Below are positions 46,414-57,149 of a DNA stretch of 64,000 nt, one piece after another. This DNA comes from Bacteroidota bacterium (GTDB lineage: Bacteria > Bacteroidota > Bacteroidia > UBA7662 > CANHCV01). How positions within the stretch are numbered: position 1 is the stretch's first letter; every line of letters begins with the position of its first letter. Position numbers and translations under genes: made by a program. The notes under the pieces are model-generated. The model was not told the DNA's origin and ran no database searches. It saw nothing but the letters and a program-made list of their open reading frames with translations. Location: assembly GCA_947459245.1 (NCBI GenBank), contig CANHCV010000005.1:4820-68819 (forward strand), read 5' to 3'.

Positions 46414-46977
46414 TTAAGGAATAAACAATGTTTTTCTGATTTCGTTGAGCAGCATTCCCGTTGCTCCCCAAACAAAATCGTTTTCGAATAAAAATCCAGG
46501 AACCGATCTGTTTTCGATGATCTCTTTTTGATGGATGTTTGCTTCTACCAAATCGTTCCAACCGATCCACCTCGAATAAGCTACCTCTTCGTTGGGTTGG
46601 AGCTCGGGAAGATGATTCAGCTGAAAAACAAAGGGGTAAACCAAGAAGTTGGAAGGAGGAATGTAAAGGGGTAGAAGTTCAGAAACAACAGGGTGGGGTG
46701 CAAGATCAATCCCTACTTCTTCCCAGGTTTCTCGAATGGCGGCCTGCAGAGGTTGTTCATGCTGTTCCAACCGGCCGCCTGGAAAACTCATTTGGCCGCT
46801 GTGAACCCCACCGTATTCTACTCTTCGGGTTAACAAAACGGAGGGTTGAAGACCAATTGGAGCGAGAATGATGGCCACGGCCGATACTTTGGGTTGTTGT
46901 TTCTCTACCCACTCGGCCGATGGATACAATCGCCCTTCCGGAGCCAATTCCATGCGAATGGTTTTGATGAAATCCAT
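46414..46977 (-). CDS. NUDIX hydrolase (CoA pyrophosphatase-like)
   Basis: NUDIX box GGRLEQHEQPLQAAIRETWEEVG. Confidence 0.7.
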   Translation of the reverse strand: MDFIKTIRMELAPEGRLYPSAEWVEKQQPKVSAVAIILAPIGLQPSVLLTRRVEYGGVHSGQMSFPGGRLEQHEQPLQAAIRETWEEVGIDLAPHPVVSELLPLYIPPSNFLVYPFVFQLNHLPELQPNEEVAYSRWIGWNDLVEANIHQKEIIENRSVPGFLFENDFVWGATGMLLNEIRKTLFIP

Positions 46978-46979
46978 CG

Positions 46980-48413
46980 TTAGGAACTTTGGAGCGATTT
47001 TTTAAGATTCCAACCCAGATAAACCAAGGCAATTCCAATTCCGGAAATGCGCATCCACATTTGCGGATACCATTCCATGATTCCCCAAATTCCCAAAACC
47101 ACTGCCGCGGCCATCACCATTTTTTGGATGGGGTAATGAATGGGAAAAATGCGCTGTCCCCACCAATAACTGCCCAGCATCATGCTGCCGTAACAAAGAA
47201 GGGTAGTCATTCCAGCACCAACGTACCCAAAAATGGGAATCAAAAGCGCATTTCCGAGGATGGTGATTCCGGCACCTCCCAAGCTCATCCACATTCCTTT
47301 CCGATTTTGGTCGGCCAAGCGGTACCAAACGCTAAAATTATAGTACATGCCGAGGCACAGATTTGCGAGAAACAAAAGTGGAACAACGGTAAGCCCTTCC
47401 AAATATTCGGGATGGGTTTTCCCTAAAAAAGCACGTCCGATTTCTTCCCGAAACCCCACCACAACCAGAAAAAAGCCGAGTCCAACGAGCAAAAAAGCGT
47501 AGCCAATGTGTCCGAAAATTTCGGTATTTCCTTCTTTCCGGAATCGTTGATGGAAAAACGGTTCAGCACCCATTCGAAAACTTTGGGTGTACAACGTCAT
47601 GAACATGGCAAGTTTATAAACCGCTCCGTAAATTCCCAATTCCCGCTCCGGATTTTCGGCATGGATCCAGTATTTCAAGAGCATGCGGTCCATGGCTTCG
47701 TTCACCACGAACGCCAATCCAACGAAGAGCAATGGCCAGGAATACCGCATCATTATTTTCCATAACTCCAAATTCAAATGATTCCACATTTTGGGAAACC
47801 ACGGCAGAAGCAGGAGGAGGGTGATGCCATTGGCAATGAGGTTGCTGAAGAAAACGGCATCAACGCCTTGGAAAGTAGCCGTTAAAGAAATGCCGTTTTT
47901 GGGTGCATAAACCAACAGGGTTAAATTCAAACCGATGACCATGCCGATGTTCAACAGTTTTAACCCCGCGAAAAGCAAGGGCTTTTGAAGCTGCCGAAGT
48001 TGGGAAAAGGGAATGCTGGCCAACGCATCGAACGCTAAAATCAGCGAAAACCAACGAATGTAATGTCCTTTATCGGGATAATTCATCCAGTTGGCCAGCA
48101 CATCGGATGCCAGCCAAATAACACCACTGAACAAACAACTGGAAACGAATAGGCTGGCAAAAAGCGTCGGATAAACGCTCTTGGAAATTTCGGGAGATTC
48201 GTTTGAAAATCGGAAAAAAGACGTTTCGGTTCCGTAGGTGTAAATCACGTTCAAAAGGGCTACGTAGCTGTACAATTCGGTAACAATTCCGTAATCTTCC
48301 GGCGCGAAAAGACGAACGTAAAGCGGTACAAGCAGAAAATTCAACAGCCTTCCTACAACATTGCTGATGCCGTAAAGTGCGGTTTGCTGGGCTAATTTTT
48401 TAAGACTACTCAC
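46980..48413 (-). CDS. Polysaccharide biosynthesis protein / oligosaccharide flippase (Wzx/MOP family)
   Basis: A 477 aa protein with about 12 TM helices. The N-terminal ALYGISNVVGRLLNFLLVPLYVRLFAPEDYG is characteristic. Confidence 0.7.
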   Translation of the reverse strand: MSSLKKLAQQTALYGISNVVGRLLNFLLVPLYVRLFAPEDYGIVTELYSYVALLNVIYTYGTETSFFRFSNESPEISKSVYPTLFASLFVSSCLFSGVIWLASDVLANWMNYPDKGHYIRWFSLILAFDALASIPFSQLRQLQKPLLFAGLKLLNIGMVIGLNLTLLVYAPKNGISLTATFQGVDAVFFSNLIANGITLLLLLPWFPKMWNHLNLELWKIMMRYSWPLLFVGLAFVVNEAMDRMLLKYWIHAENPERELGIYGAVYKLAMFMTLYTQSFRMGAEPFFHQRFRKEGNTEIFGHIGYAFLLVGLGFFLVVVGFREEIGRAFLGKTHPEYLEGLTVVPLLFLANLCLGMYYNFSVWYRLADQNRKGMWMSLGGAGITILGNALLIPIFGYVGAGMTTLLCYGSMMLGSYWWGQRIFPIHYPIQKMVMAAAVVLGIWGIMEWYPQMWMRISGIGIALVYLGWNLKKSLQSS

Positions 48414-48639
48414 GCTTGATTTTCTCGAGTTCCCTCATTTCGGTGGCCGTTAAGGTCGATTTGTCGGGACTCCATCCAGGAGGTAAAATTAAGGTGAGGA
48501 GTTTGTTTTTCAATCCTTTCTAAAGAGGTAAATCTTTTCCGATTCCCAAACAATCCTTATATCGGTAGTGAAAAGAGGAAATCCTTTGAATTTGATGTAG
48601 CATGCACCAAAAAATCAATTTTTCCGCAAATTTGATGGG

Positions 48640-49902
48640 TTATGCGGATTTTGAACGAGATTTTAAGGAAGGATGAAGAAAGAATAAGGCGTAGAACCAA
48701 AAAATGTTGGTATGGTAAGGAGGCATGAAGATAGCCCCGAGCACCAATGCAATTTGAAAAGCAATGAGACCGATTCCCAACCATTCCCAATCTTTCTTGG
48801 TTGCTTTAAAAATCCAATACATGATGCCAAGCAAACCAACAGCAAACCAACAGAATCCAATAACCACGGTTAACCCGGTTAAAAAGAATCGAAACCCATA
48901 GCTTGATGGGTTTTTGGGAAGTGCAGATTGTTCCAAAACAGGATCCATCATACCGCCGGCGTTGAAAGGCCGGGGTGCCAATCGAAACAAAGCCACACTG
49001 CCCATTTTTTTAACGAATTCGAAAGGGTGGGCAACCACCGAATCTTTCCATGCTTTTTTCAAAACCGAATCGCCGGCGTACGAAAGCGTTCCTCCAAACG
49101 GACGTGCAATGGCTTGCATGGTGGAATCTTCATCGAGGGGGGTAATTTTCCAAACGTTGTTGTTCAATTGCCCCAAACCGCAAAAAAAAGTATGTCCGGC
49201 GTTGGTGGAAGTCATTAAAACATGTCCGGTTCGCTCTTGGGTATATTGCATCCAAGGGAGCAATAGAAACAGGCCGATGGCCGGAATGCTGAACCCAATC
49301 CATCGCTTGGTTCTCCACCACGAATAAACGGCAACCCCAGTTGAAACAAGGAGGAAGAAGAAGGTGTAATCGCTGCGAAAGTGAAGGGTAATTCCAAACG
49401 CTACCCCCGCAGCGATGGCAAATTTCCAATGGCCGTCCTTTAAAAAGCGGAAAAGAGAAAAAACGGCAACGGAAATACCAATGGCACCAATCGAGTAGGG
49501 CCACATAACGGCATGCATCAGGTGCCACGGCCAAGCGATAAAGGTGAGCCAACGGAAGGTGTTTCTGGCTTTTGGGGAGTAGCCCAAGGCCAACCACTGC
49601 TTGTCGAGCCAAACCAAAAACAACAGGTTGGCCGCTTGTTGAAGAAGAATGATCAGCCACTTGGGCCAAGCTGTCGCTAAAATCATCCCATAACCCCACA
49701 TCGGAAAGGTGGTTTGCCCCGTTTTAAAAGGAGAATCCAAATCCATACCGCTGCGGAAAAAATGAGCAAAATCGATGTAATTGGGAATCAAACCCTGCAT
49801 TTGGGTGGAGTCGAAATTAAAAAACGACAACATTCCCAAGACGGCTGATAAAACGAGGAGCCATCTCCAGGTGGACACGGTGGGAAGAAGGAATTTCTTC
49901 AT
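48640..49902 (-). CDS. Hypothetical polytopic membrane protein (possibly glycosyltransferase-39/ArnT-like)
   Basis: At least 10 predicted TM segments. No catalytic motif was recognised. Confidence 0.4.
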   Translation of the reverse strand: MKKFLLPTVSTWRWLLVLSAVLGMLSFFNFDSTQMQGLIPNYIDFAHFFRSGMDLDSPFKTGQTTFPMWGYGMILATAWPKWLIILLQQAANLLFLVWLDKQWLALGYSPKARNTFRWLTFIAWPWHLMHAVMWPYSIGAIGISVAVFSLFRFLKDGHWKFAIAAGVAFGITLHFRSDYTFFFLLVSTGVAVYSWWRTKRWIGFSIPAIGLFLLLPWMQYTQERTGHVLMTSTNAGHTFFCGLGQLNNNVWKITPLDEDSTMQAIARPFGGTLSYAGDSVLKKAWKDSVVAHPFEFVKKMGSVALFRLAPRPFNAGGMMDPVLEQSALPKNPSSYGFRFFLTGLTVVIGFCWFAVGLLGIMYWIFKATKKDWEWLGIGLIAFQIALVLGAIFMPPYHTNIFWFYALFFLHPSLKSRSKSA

Positions 49903-50537
49903 TTCTTGGCCGGTTGCTTTTTAAGGAAGATGGCGCCTCGGTCGTCTTTTATTCCTAAAATACGTTCGCCATCGTCGTTGTAACCGTCGAATTTGCGAAA
50001 AATCTTCCCCTCTTTGTACACCGACAAATCGATGAGGTGATAACTGCCCTGGAAGTCGGAAATTTTGCAGTTCCTGCCGTTCGGAGTTGCGAAGTTGAAT
50101 TTGTTGTCATCGGCTTTTTTTCCGGCCATGACGCATTCTCCAAGAGGTTCTAAATCGTCGGGAGATAGCCCGTCGAAGCCATCCGGCTTTCGCATTTTGT
50201 CGGCATCGAACAAAGAGTTGATGGTAAAAATTTCCATTTCATACCGTCCTTTACCGCTTTCGCTCAACTTCAAGAAGAACTGAGAATAAACAACATCTGG
50301 TTTATTCACGTAAGTCACTTGTTCAAACAGCCAGGTAATGCCGTCTTCTTTTTGGTTTTTCCAAATTTCTTTCACTTCCAATTGGTAGTGGGGCAGGGTG
50401 GTGTCTGACTTCCATTGGGAGGTATTGGTGAAGGTTCCCGAGTACCAGGAAATAAATTCTTGAAGCACTTTGGAAGGTCCTGCGTTGGCGATGGAGGTGA
50501 GGGTAAAAAAAAGGAGAAAAAAGAAAATTCGATTCAT
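49899..50537 (-). CDS. Hypothetical secreted protein
   Basis: Signal peptide MNRIFFFLLFFTLTSIANA. The start at 50537 was chosen; the longer listed ORF adds 51 aa without a signal peptide. It overlaps the upstream stop by 4 nt. Confidence 0.4.
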   Translation of the reverse strand: MNRIFFFLLFFTLTSIANAGPSKVLQEFISWYSGTFTNTSQWKSDTTLPHYQLEVKEIWKNQKEDGITWLFEQVTYVNKPDVVYSQFFLKLSESGKGRYEMEIFTINSLFDADKMRKPDGFDGLSPDDLEPLGECVMAGKKADDNKFNFATPNGRNCKISDFQGSYHLIDLSVYKEGKIFRKFDGYNDDGERILGIKDDRGAIFLKKQPAKK

Positions 50538-50828
50538 GACGGTGCGAAAAATATTTGGCTTTGCAAATAACGAAAGTTTCGTGAAAATTGAGGTAAGAAG
50601 GGATAAAATCATCCTATTTTTTAGACGTTTTTTGATTTCTTTTTGGAAAGGTGGTGAAAAATTGGAGGATATGAATGATAGATAAAACAATTTTGTAAAA
50701 CGTTGATATGCTATGAATAAGATTATTTTTTGGAAGTGTGAATAACTCGAATCGGATTGTGGATTTCACAAAAAGTTCATCCACCATCTTTGTTATCCCG
50801 GAAGGGAAAAATCACAAAAAACATAGCT

Positions 50829-51806
50829 ATGTCTCACACTACCGAACCCATTCTCGTTGAAAATCCAGATCGATTTGTATTGTTTCCAATTCAGCATCAT
50901 GATATTTGGCAATACTACAAAAAATCGGAAGCGAGTTTTTGGACTGCCGAGGAAATTGATTTGAATCAAGACTTGGTTGATTGGAACACGCGACTGAACG
51001 ATAACGAGCGCCACTTCATCAAGCACGTTCTTGCCTTCTTCGCAGCTTCCGACGGGATTGTGAACGAGAACCTGGCCGAAAACTTTGTGCGCGAGGTGCA
51101 ATACACCGAAGCTAAATTTTTCTACGGTTTCCAAATCATGATGGAGAACATTCACTCCGAAACGTATTCGTTGTTGATCGATACCTACATCAAGGATACG
51201 CAGGAGAAAAACAAGTTGTTCAAGGCCATCGAAACTTTGGATTGCGTTAGCAAGAAAGCCGATTGGGCCTTGAAATGGATCAAGAAAGCTTCTTTTGCCG
51301 AGCGATTGATCGCTTTTGCAGCGGTGGAGGGAATTTTCTTCTCCGGTTCGTTCTGTTCCATTTTCTGGTTGAAAAAGCGCGGATTGATGCCCGGATTAAG
51401 CTTTTCGAACGAATTGATTTCCAGAGATGAAGGTTTGCATTGCGATTTTGCTTGCCATTTGTTCACGAATCACTTGCAAAACCGCCCCAGCCAAGAAGTT
51501 GTTACTTCCATCATCACCGAAGCCGTTGAAATCGAAAAAGAATTCGTTTCCGATGCACTTCCAGTTCGTTTGATCGGAATGAATTCCGAATTGATGTGTC
51601 AATACATCGAATTTGTTGCCGACCGTTTGCTGGTTTCTTTGGGATGCAACAAAGTGTACAATGCCGTGAATCCGTTCGATTTCATGGAATTTATTTCTTT
51701 GGAGCGCAAAACCAACTTCTTCGAGAAGCGGGTTGCCGAATACAAAAAAGCCGGTGTAGGACAAGCTCCTGCCGAGAGAACCATCACCCTCAACGAAGAT
51801 TTTTAA
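50829..51806 (+). CDS. nrdB: Ribonucleoside-diphosphate reductase beta subunit
   Basis: The start [22 protein letters not shown] is at 50829. Di-iron ligand motifs are present (EAxH twice: ENIHSETYS and [10 protein letters not shown]). It ends in EDF. Confidence 0.9.
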   Translation: MSHTTEPILVENPDRFVLFPIQHHDIWQYYKKSEASFWTAEEIDLNQDLVDWNTRLNDNERHFIKHVLAFFAASDGIVNENLAENFVREVQYTEAKFFYGFQIMMENIHSETYSLLIDTYIKDTQEKNKLFKAIETLDCVSKKADWALKWIKKASFAERLIAFAAVEGIFFSGSFCSIFWLKKRGLMPGLSFSNELISRDEGLHCDFACHLFTNHLQNRPSQEVVTSIITEAVEIEKEFVSDALPVRLIGMNSELMCQYIEFVADRLLVSLGCNKVYNAVNPFDFMEFISLERKTNFFEKRVAEYKKAGVGQAPAERTITLNEDF

Positions 51807-51815
51807 TCCAACGCC

Positions 51816-54107
51816 ATGTTTGTAGTTAAACGCGACGGACGCAAAGAGCCCGTACAATTCGATAAAATTACCGCTCGAATCAGCAAGCTTTGTTACAACC
51901 TCCACGAACGGTTCGTTGATCCAGTTGAGGTCGCAAAAAAAGTAATCAATGGCCTATTCGATGGAGTAACCACCATTGAATTGGATAATCTCGCTGCAGA
52001 AACCGCCGCGTCGTTAACCACCAAACATCCTGATTATGCCGTATTGGCGGCAAGAATTGCCGTTTCTAACCTTCATAAAGAAACGAAAAAGTCGTTTACC
52101 GAAACCATGCGCGACTTGCACGAGTACATCGATCCTCTCACCGGAGAATCGGCCTCTCTTATAGCGAGCGACGTGATGGAAATCATCGAAAAACACAGCG
52201 AGCAACTCGATTCGGCCATCATCTACCACCGCGACTACGACTACGATTATTTCGGATTCAAAACGTTGGAGCGCTCCTACCTCCTGCGCATCAACGGTCG
52301 GGTAGTTGAACGCCCTCAACACATGATCATGCGTGTTGCAGTTGGAATTCACAAAACCGATATCGATGCGGTTCTTGAAACGTATAATTTGATGAGTGAA
52401 CGTTGGTTTACTCACGCAACACCCACGTTGTTCAACGCTGGAACTCCCAAACCACAGCTTTCCAGTTGCTTTTTGTTAACCATGCAAGAAGATAGCATCG
52501 ACGGAATTTATGACACTTTGAAACAGTGCGCAAAAATTTCCCAAAGTGCTGGAGGTATTGGATTGAGCATCCACAACATTCGTGCAACGGGTTCCTACAT
52601 CAAAGGAACCAACGGCACCTCCAACGGAATTGTTCCCATGCTTCGCGTTTTCAACGATACCGCCCGTTACGTTGATCAAGGCGGTGGAAAACGAAAAGGT
52701 TCTTTCGCTATCTACCTCGAACCGTGGCATGCCGACATTTTTTCGTTTTTGGATTTGAAGAAAAACCACGGAGCAGAAGAAATGCGTGCCCGTGATTTGT
52801 TCTACGCCCTTTGGATTTCCGATTTGTTCATGCAGCGGGTCGAGGCCAACGAGAAATGGTCGTTGTTCGATCCCAATGTTACCCCTGAATTGTTCAATAC
52901 TTGGGGCGAAGAATTTGAAAAGCATTACCTGAAGTACGAAAGCGAAGGCAAGGCGGTAAAAACCATCAACGCCCAAGAATTGTGGTTCGCCGTTCTCGAA
53001 TCACAAATCGAAACCGGCACCCCGTACATGCTTTACAAGGATGCTGCGAACCGCAAATCCAATCAACAAAATTTGGGAACCATCCGTTCCTCTAACCTTT
53101 GTACCGAAATTTTGGAATATACTTCCAAAGATGAGGTGGCCGTTTGTAACCTCGCATCTTTGGCCCTTCCTCGTTTCGTAACGGCCGATCGTCAATTTGA
53201 TCACCAAAAGTTGTACGACATTACGTACACCGTTACCAAAAACTTGAATAAGGTTATCGATGTAAACTATTACCCGGTTATTGAAGCCCAAAACTCCAAC
53301 TTCCGCCACCGTCCGATCGGCTTAGGCGTGCAAGGATTGGCCGATGCCTTCATTCTTATGGGATTACCTTTTGAATCTGAAGGGGCCGCGCAATTGAACG
53401 CCGAAATATTTGAAACCATCTATTTCGCGGCCATGCAATCCTCGGTAGATTTAGCCAAGAAAGAAGGACATTACGAATCCTTCCCCGGCTCTCCCCTCAG
53501 CAAGGGCATGTTCCAATTCGATTTCTGGGAATCGCCACGCTTGTCGGGCCGATGGAATTGGGATGTACTTCGCAAAGAGGTGATGGAGTTTGGAGCAAGA
53601 AATTCGCTGTTGGTGGCTCCAATGCCTACCGCGTCGACCTCCCAAATTTTAGGAAACAACGAGTGCTTCGAACCATACACCTCCAACGTTTACAGCCGAG
53701 GCGTTCTTTCCGGAGAATTCGCCATCGTTAACAAACACCTGTTGAATGAATTGGTGCGCTTGGATCTGTGGAACGACGAAATGAAAAACCGAATCATGGC
53801 CGCCAACGGGTCCGTTCAACAAATCGATGAAATTCCAGAAGAAATCCGCGAGGTTTTCAAAACAGCCTGGGAAATCAAACAAAAGTCTATTTTAGACATG
53901 GCGGCCGATCGAGGCGCCTTCATTTGCCAGAGCCAGTCCATGAACGTATTCATGGCCGAACCAACCTTCTCTAAACTCAGCTCCATGCATTTTTACGCTT
54001 GGAAAAAGGGATTGAAAACAGGGATGTATTACCTCAGAACTAAACCTGCGGTGAATGCCATTCAGTTTACGGTAGATACTCAAGCTGCCCAAAAATCCAA
54101 TGCGTAA
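51816..54107 (+). CDS. nrdA: Ribonucleoside-diphosphate reductase alpha subunit (class Ia)
   Basis: N-terminal ATP-cone ([16 protein letters not shown]). Active-site CxLxE equivalent (SNLCTEI). The C-terminal redox Cys pair is absent, so this is a standard short form. Confidence 0.9.
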   Translation: MFVVKRDGRKEPVQFDKITARISKLCYNLHERFVDPVEVAKKVINGLFDGVTTIELDNLAAETAASLTTKHPDYAVLAARIAVSNLHKETKKSFTETMRDLHEYIDPLTGESASLIASDVMEIIEKHSEQLDSAIIYHRDYDYDYFGFKTLERSYLLRINGRVVERPQHMIMRVAVGIHKTDIDAVLETYNLMSERWFTHATPTLFNAGTPKPQLSSCFLLTMQEDSIDGIYDTLKQCAKISQSAGGIGLSIHNIRATGSYIKGTNGTSNGIVPMLRVFNDTARYVDQGGGKRKGSFAIYLEPWHADIFSFLDLKKNHGAEEMRARDLFYALWISDLFMQRVEANEKWSLFDPNVTPELFNTWGEEFEKHYLKYESEGKAVKTINAQELWFAVLESQIETGTPYMLYKDAANRKSNQQNLGTIRSSNLCTEILEYTSKDEVAVCNLASLALPRFVTADRQFDHQKLYDITYTVTKNLNKVIDVNYYPVIEAQNSNFRHRPIGLGVQGLADAFILMGLPFESEGAAQLNAEIFETIYFAAMQSSVDLAKKEGHYESFPGSPLSKGMFQFDFWESPRLSGRWNWDVLRKEVMEFGARNSLLVAPMPTASTSQILGNNECFEPYTSNVYSRGVLSGEFAIVNKHLLNELVRLDLWNDEMKNRIMAANGSVQQIDEIPEEIREVFKTAWEIKQKSILDMAADRGAFICQSQSMNVFMAEPTFSKLSSMHFYAWKKGLKTGMYYLRTKPAVNAIQFTVDTQAAQKSNA

Positions 54108-54852
54108 TTCATTCCATCATTTCAAAAAAAGAGTCCTAATCTTCGGTTTAGGGCTCTTTTTTTGTTTGTCTTCGTTTGCCCAAGGGCAATTTATTCGGTG
54201 GAGAGAAACCCAATTGGAACTGGGAATTTTAACCGAAGGCGATTCCGTTTCCGGGTTTTTCCAATTTCAGAATGTTTCAAAAGGGCCGGTCATCTTGAAG
54301 AAACTTCAAACCACCTGCGGGTGCACCTCTACCAATTTTGTGGAGGGGAAAACGATTGCCCCCCAATCGGTAGACAGTTTTGCCTATCGTTTTCTTTCAG
54401 CGGGGCAGGTGGGACATCTGCATAAGTTATTGGTGGTGGAGTACGAGGCAAATCAATTGAATTTTGCCGATACCCTCCTGTTGCACGGAGAAGTTCAGCC
54501 CCCTCAACCCCCATATCGTGCGCGGTTTCCCTATAAGAATGAGCACATGTTGTTGTTAACGCCTTTGGTAGTTTTTGGGAATATTTCAGGAAAAGAGGTG
54601 GCAAAAGCAAAAATTACTTTGGGATTGGAGGGAAGAAAAAAGGAAAAAGTGGAGGTGTTGTATCTTCCAAAAGGGTTTCGTTTGAAAAGTAAGTGGATTA
54701 AAGAGCAACAAGTTAATGTGTTGTGGTTGGAAGTGAAGTTGAAGAAGATCGAAAACAAGGGCTTTGTTGAAATTCCATTTCTTTTAAAAGGAAAAAAGAC
54801 GGGTCAAACCTTTGATATGAAATTGAGTTACTACTTAGAAGGAAAACGATAA
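54100..54852 (+). CDS. DUF1573 domain protein
   Basis: A signal peptide is followed by the characteristic CGCT motif ([13 protein letters not shown]), typical of Bacteroidota DUF1573 proteins. Confidence 0.6.
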   Translation: MRNSFHHFKKRVLIFGLGLFFCLSSFAQGQFIRWRETQLELGILTEGDSVSGFFQFQNVSKGPVILKKLQTTCGCTSTNFVEGKTIAPQSVDSFAYRFLSAGQVGHLHKLLVVEYEANQLNFADTLLLHGEVQPPQPPYRARFPYKNEHMLLLTPLVVFGNISGKEVAKAKITLGLEGRKKEKVEVLYLPKGFRLKSKWIKEQQVNVLWLEVKLKKIENKGFVEIPFLLKGKKTGQTFDMKLSYYLEGKR

Positions 54853-54863
54853 GGTTTTTTGAG

Positions 54864-54892
54864 AAAACAACAGCGTTTAATTTTGTTGTTTC
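54864..54892 (+). terminator. Candidate weak AT-rich intrinsic terminator after the DUF1573 gene
   Basis: Inverted repeat AAAACAACA ... TGTTGTTT with a U-rich 3' side. The stem is low-GC, so confidence is low. Confidence 0.2.
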
Positions 54893-54932
54893 TTAGGCCT
54901 TTAGCCGTTACTTTTGCAAAAATTTTTTTACT

Positions 54933-56075
54933 ATGCTTTTTCAATTGACCGAAGAACAAAAAATGATTCAACAGGCCATGCGCGACTTTGCGCAAACTGA
55001 GTTGTTGCCAGGAGTCATCGAACGCGATACACATCAGAAATTTCCAGCTGAACAAATCAAGAAATTGGGTGATTTGGGCATCATGGGATTGATGGTTGAT
55101 CCTAAATACGATGGAGCAGGAATGGATACCATCTCCTACGTTTTGGCGATGGAGGAATTGTCGAAGGTAGATGCTTCAACTTCGGTTTGCGTTTCGGTAA
55201 ATAACTCTTTGGTTTGCTACGGTTTGGAGAAATTTGGATCGGAAGAGCAAAAAGAAAAATACTTAAAACCACTTGCCCGTGGCGAAAAAATCGGCGCTTT
55301 CTGCTTATCGGAGCCCGAAGCCGGTTCCGATGCAACCAGCCAAAAAACCACTGCGGAGGATAAAGGCGATTATTACCTTTTGAACGGAACAAAAAACTGG
55401 ATTACCAACGGTTCATCTGCTTCCATTTATTTGGTGATTGCACAAACCAACCCCGAGTTGGGACACCGCGGAATCAATTGTTTGATCGTGGAGCGCGATA
55501 TGCCAGGTTTTGTGGTAGGAACGAAAGAAGATAAAATGGGCATCCGCGGAAGTGATACGCATACGTTGTTGTTCAATGATGTAAAAGTTCCGAAAGCAAA
55601 CCGCGTTGGAGAAGATGGATTCGGTTTCAAGTTTGCGATGCAAACCTTGGCCGGTGGTCGTATTGGAATTGCTGCTCAAGCATTAGGCATCGCATCCGGT
55701 GCTTTAGAATTGGCATTGGCGTATTCAAAACAACGAAAAGCATTCGGTACAGAAATCAAGAACCACCAAGCCATTCAATTTAAATTGGCCGACATGGCTA
55801 CCGAGGTAGAAGCTGCCCGTTTGTTGTGTTTGAAAGCTGCTTGGACCAAGGACCAAGGGTTGGATTACAATCTAATTTCTGCACAAGCCAAATTGTACGC
55901 TTCTGAAATTGCTCAGCGGGTAACCAACGAAGCGGTTCAAATTCATGGTGGTTACGGCTACGTGAAGGAATACCATGTTGAACGCATGATGCGCGACGCG
56001 AAGATTACTCAGATTTATGAGGGCACCTCTGAAGTGCAAAAAATTGTCATTTCGCGAGAAGTTTTAAAAGGTTAA
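54933..56075 (+). CDS. Acyl-CoA dehydrogenase (short-chain/butyryl-CoA type)
   Basis: 380 aa. The catalytic base region YEGTSEVQ and the FAD/substrate motifs GAFCLSEPEAGSD are typical of ACAD. Confidence 0.9.
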   Translation: MLFQLTEEQKMIQQAMRDFAQTELLPGVIERDTHQKFPAEQIKKLGDLGIMGLMVDPKYDGAGMDTISYVLAMEELSKVDASTSVCVSVNNSLVCYGLEKFGSEEQKEKYLKPLARGEKIGAFCLSEPEAGSDATSQKTTAEDKGDYYLLNGTKNWITNGSSASIYLVIAQTNPELGHRGINCLIVERDMPGFVVGTKEDKMGIRGSDTHTLLFNDVKVPKANRVGEDGFGFKFAMQTLAGGRIGIAAQALGIASGALELALAYSKQRKAFGTEIKNHQAIQFKLADMATEVEAARLLCLKAAWTKDQGLDYNLISAQAKLYASEIAQRVTNEAVQIHGGYGYVKEYHVERMMRDAKITQIYEGTSEVQKIVISREVLKG

Positions 56076-56114
56076 GGTTTTTTTTCCTAAATTGGGATTG
56101 CAAATATTTTATCA

Positions 56115-56606
56115 ATGACAAAAACATTATTCACAACTGGTTTAGCTCTTACTTTGGGTTTAGCTTTGGTAGGTTGTTCAAAAGAAAATTCCTTGAACAA
56201 GCGCTTGGATGGAAACTGGAATATCGATAAATTCGAAGGGAAAGCCATCATTACGAATCAATTTGGCACCGATTCAGTAGATTTAGGTACGGATGGAGGC
56301 GAAGTAAAATTCGATGCAACAACCGGAAAAGGATCCTTCAAATTGTACACCATTTTTCGTTATTCTGGCATTCCAGTTCGCGATACCATGGATGCAACCA
56401 TCACCTCTTGGTCCAATGCTGAAGGGGTAAAAGTAACCATGAAAACATCGGCTGCAGGTGCCGCACAAATAACTTGGAATTGGGACGTAAATGTTAATCA
56501 AAAAGAATTCCAAAGTTGGGCAACCTCCAGCAACGTGTCTGCGTCTGTTTTGGGAGAATCTGCCTCTTGGCGCGTAACAAAATTTGAATTAACCAAAAAA
56601 CCATAA
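56115..56606 (+). CDS. Hypothetical lipoprotein (lipocalin-like), first of two tandem paralogs
   Basis: Lipobox LALVGCSKEN followed by LDGNWNIDKFEG. Confidence 0.5.
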   Translation: MTKTLFTTGLALTLGLALVGCSKENSLNKRLDGNWNIDKFEGKAIITNQFGTDSVDLGTDGGEVKFDATTGKGSFKLYTIFRYSGIPVRDTMDATITSWSNAEGVKVTMKTSAAGAAQITWNWDVNVNQKEFQSWATSSNVSASVLGESASWRVTKFELTKKP

Positions 56607-56608
56607 TT

Positions 56609-57091
56609 ATGAAAAAAGTATTTTTATTCGGTGCTGTTGCACTTTCAGTAAGCTTGGCTTCTTGTAACAAAGAAGAAAAGACCGAAAAGATTTTGAACGG
56701 TGATTGGACTGTTGCTTCTTTGAACGGTACGGTTGCCATCACAGATCAAGGTCAAACTGAAACCTTAACCCTTAAAAACGGTACTGGCGACATGTCCTTG
56801 AATCGTGAAAACGCAACTGGAAAAATCAATGTAATCTATGATATTGATGTTCCTTTCGGTGGCACAACGTTCACCTTCAAAGATACCCTTGCTGGCGACA
56901 TTACCTTGTGGAACAATTCTGATAAAGATGTATCCATGACCATTAAGGATAAAACTGGAACAACACAAAATACTGCTTTTACCATTGTTACAAGCGAGAA
57001 GTCAGCTCAAGAATGGAAATTTAATCAAGTAAATGTTGATGGAACTGAAACCACCAACGTGAACTACAACATTAAAATGAACAAAAAATAA
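56609..57091 (+). CDS. Hypothetical lipoprotein, paralog of the preceding gene
   Basis: Lipobox SLASCNKEE followed by LNGDWTVASLNG. The two genes share the same architecture. Confidence 0.5.
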   Translation: MKKVFLFGAVALSVSLASCNKEEKTEKILNGDWTVASLNGTVAITDQGQTETLTLKNGTGDMSLNRENATGKINVIYDIDVPFGGTTFTFKDTLAGDITLWNNSDKDVSMTIKDKTGTTQNTAFTIVTSEKSAQEWKFNQVNVDGTETTNVNYNIKMNKK

Positions 57092-57112
57092 TTCAAACAT
57101 TTTCAATAAAAA

Positions 57113-57139
57113 GGGGGACTCATTGAGCCCCCCTTTTTA
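57113..57139 (+). terminator. Rho-independent terminator
   Basis: GGGGGACTCATTGAGCCCCCC followed by TTTTTATTTTT, immediately downstream of 57091. Confidence 0.7.
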
Positions 57140-57149
57140 TTTTTGGGGT

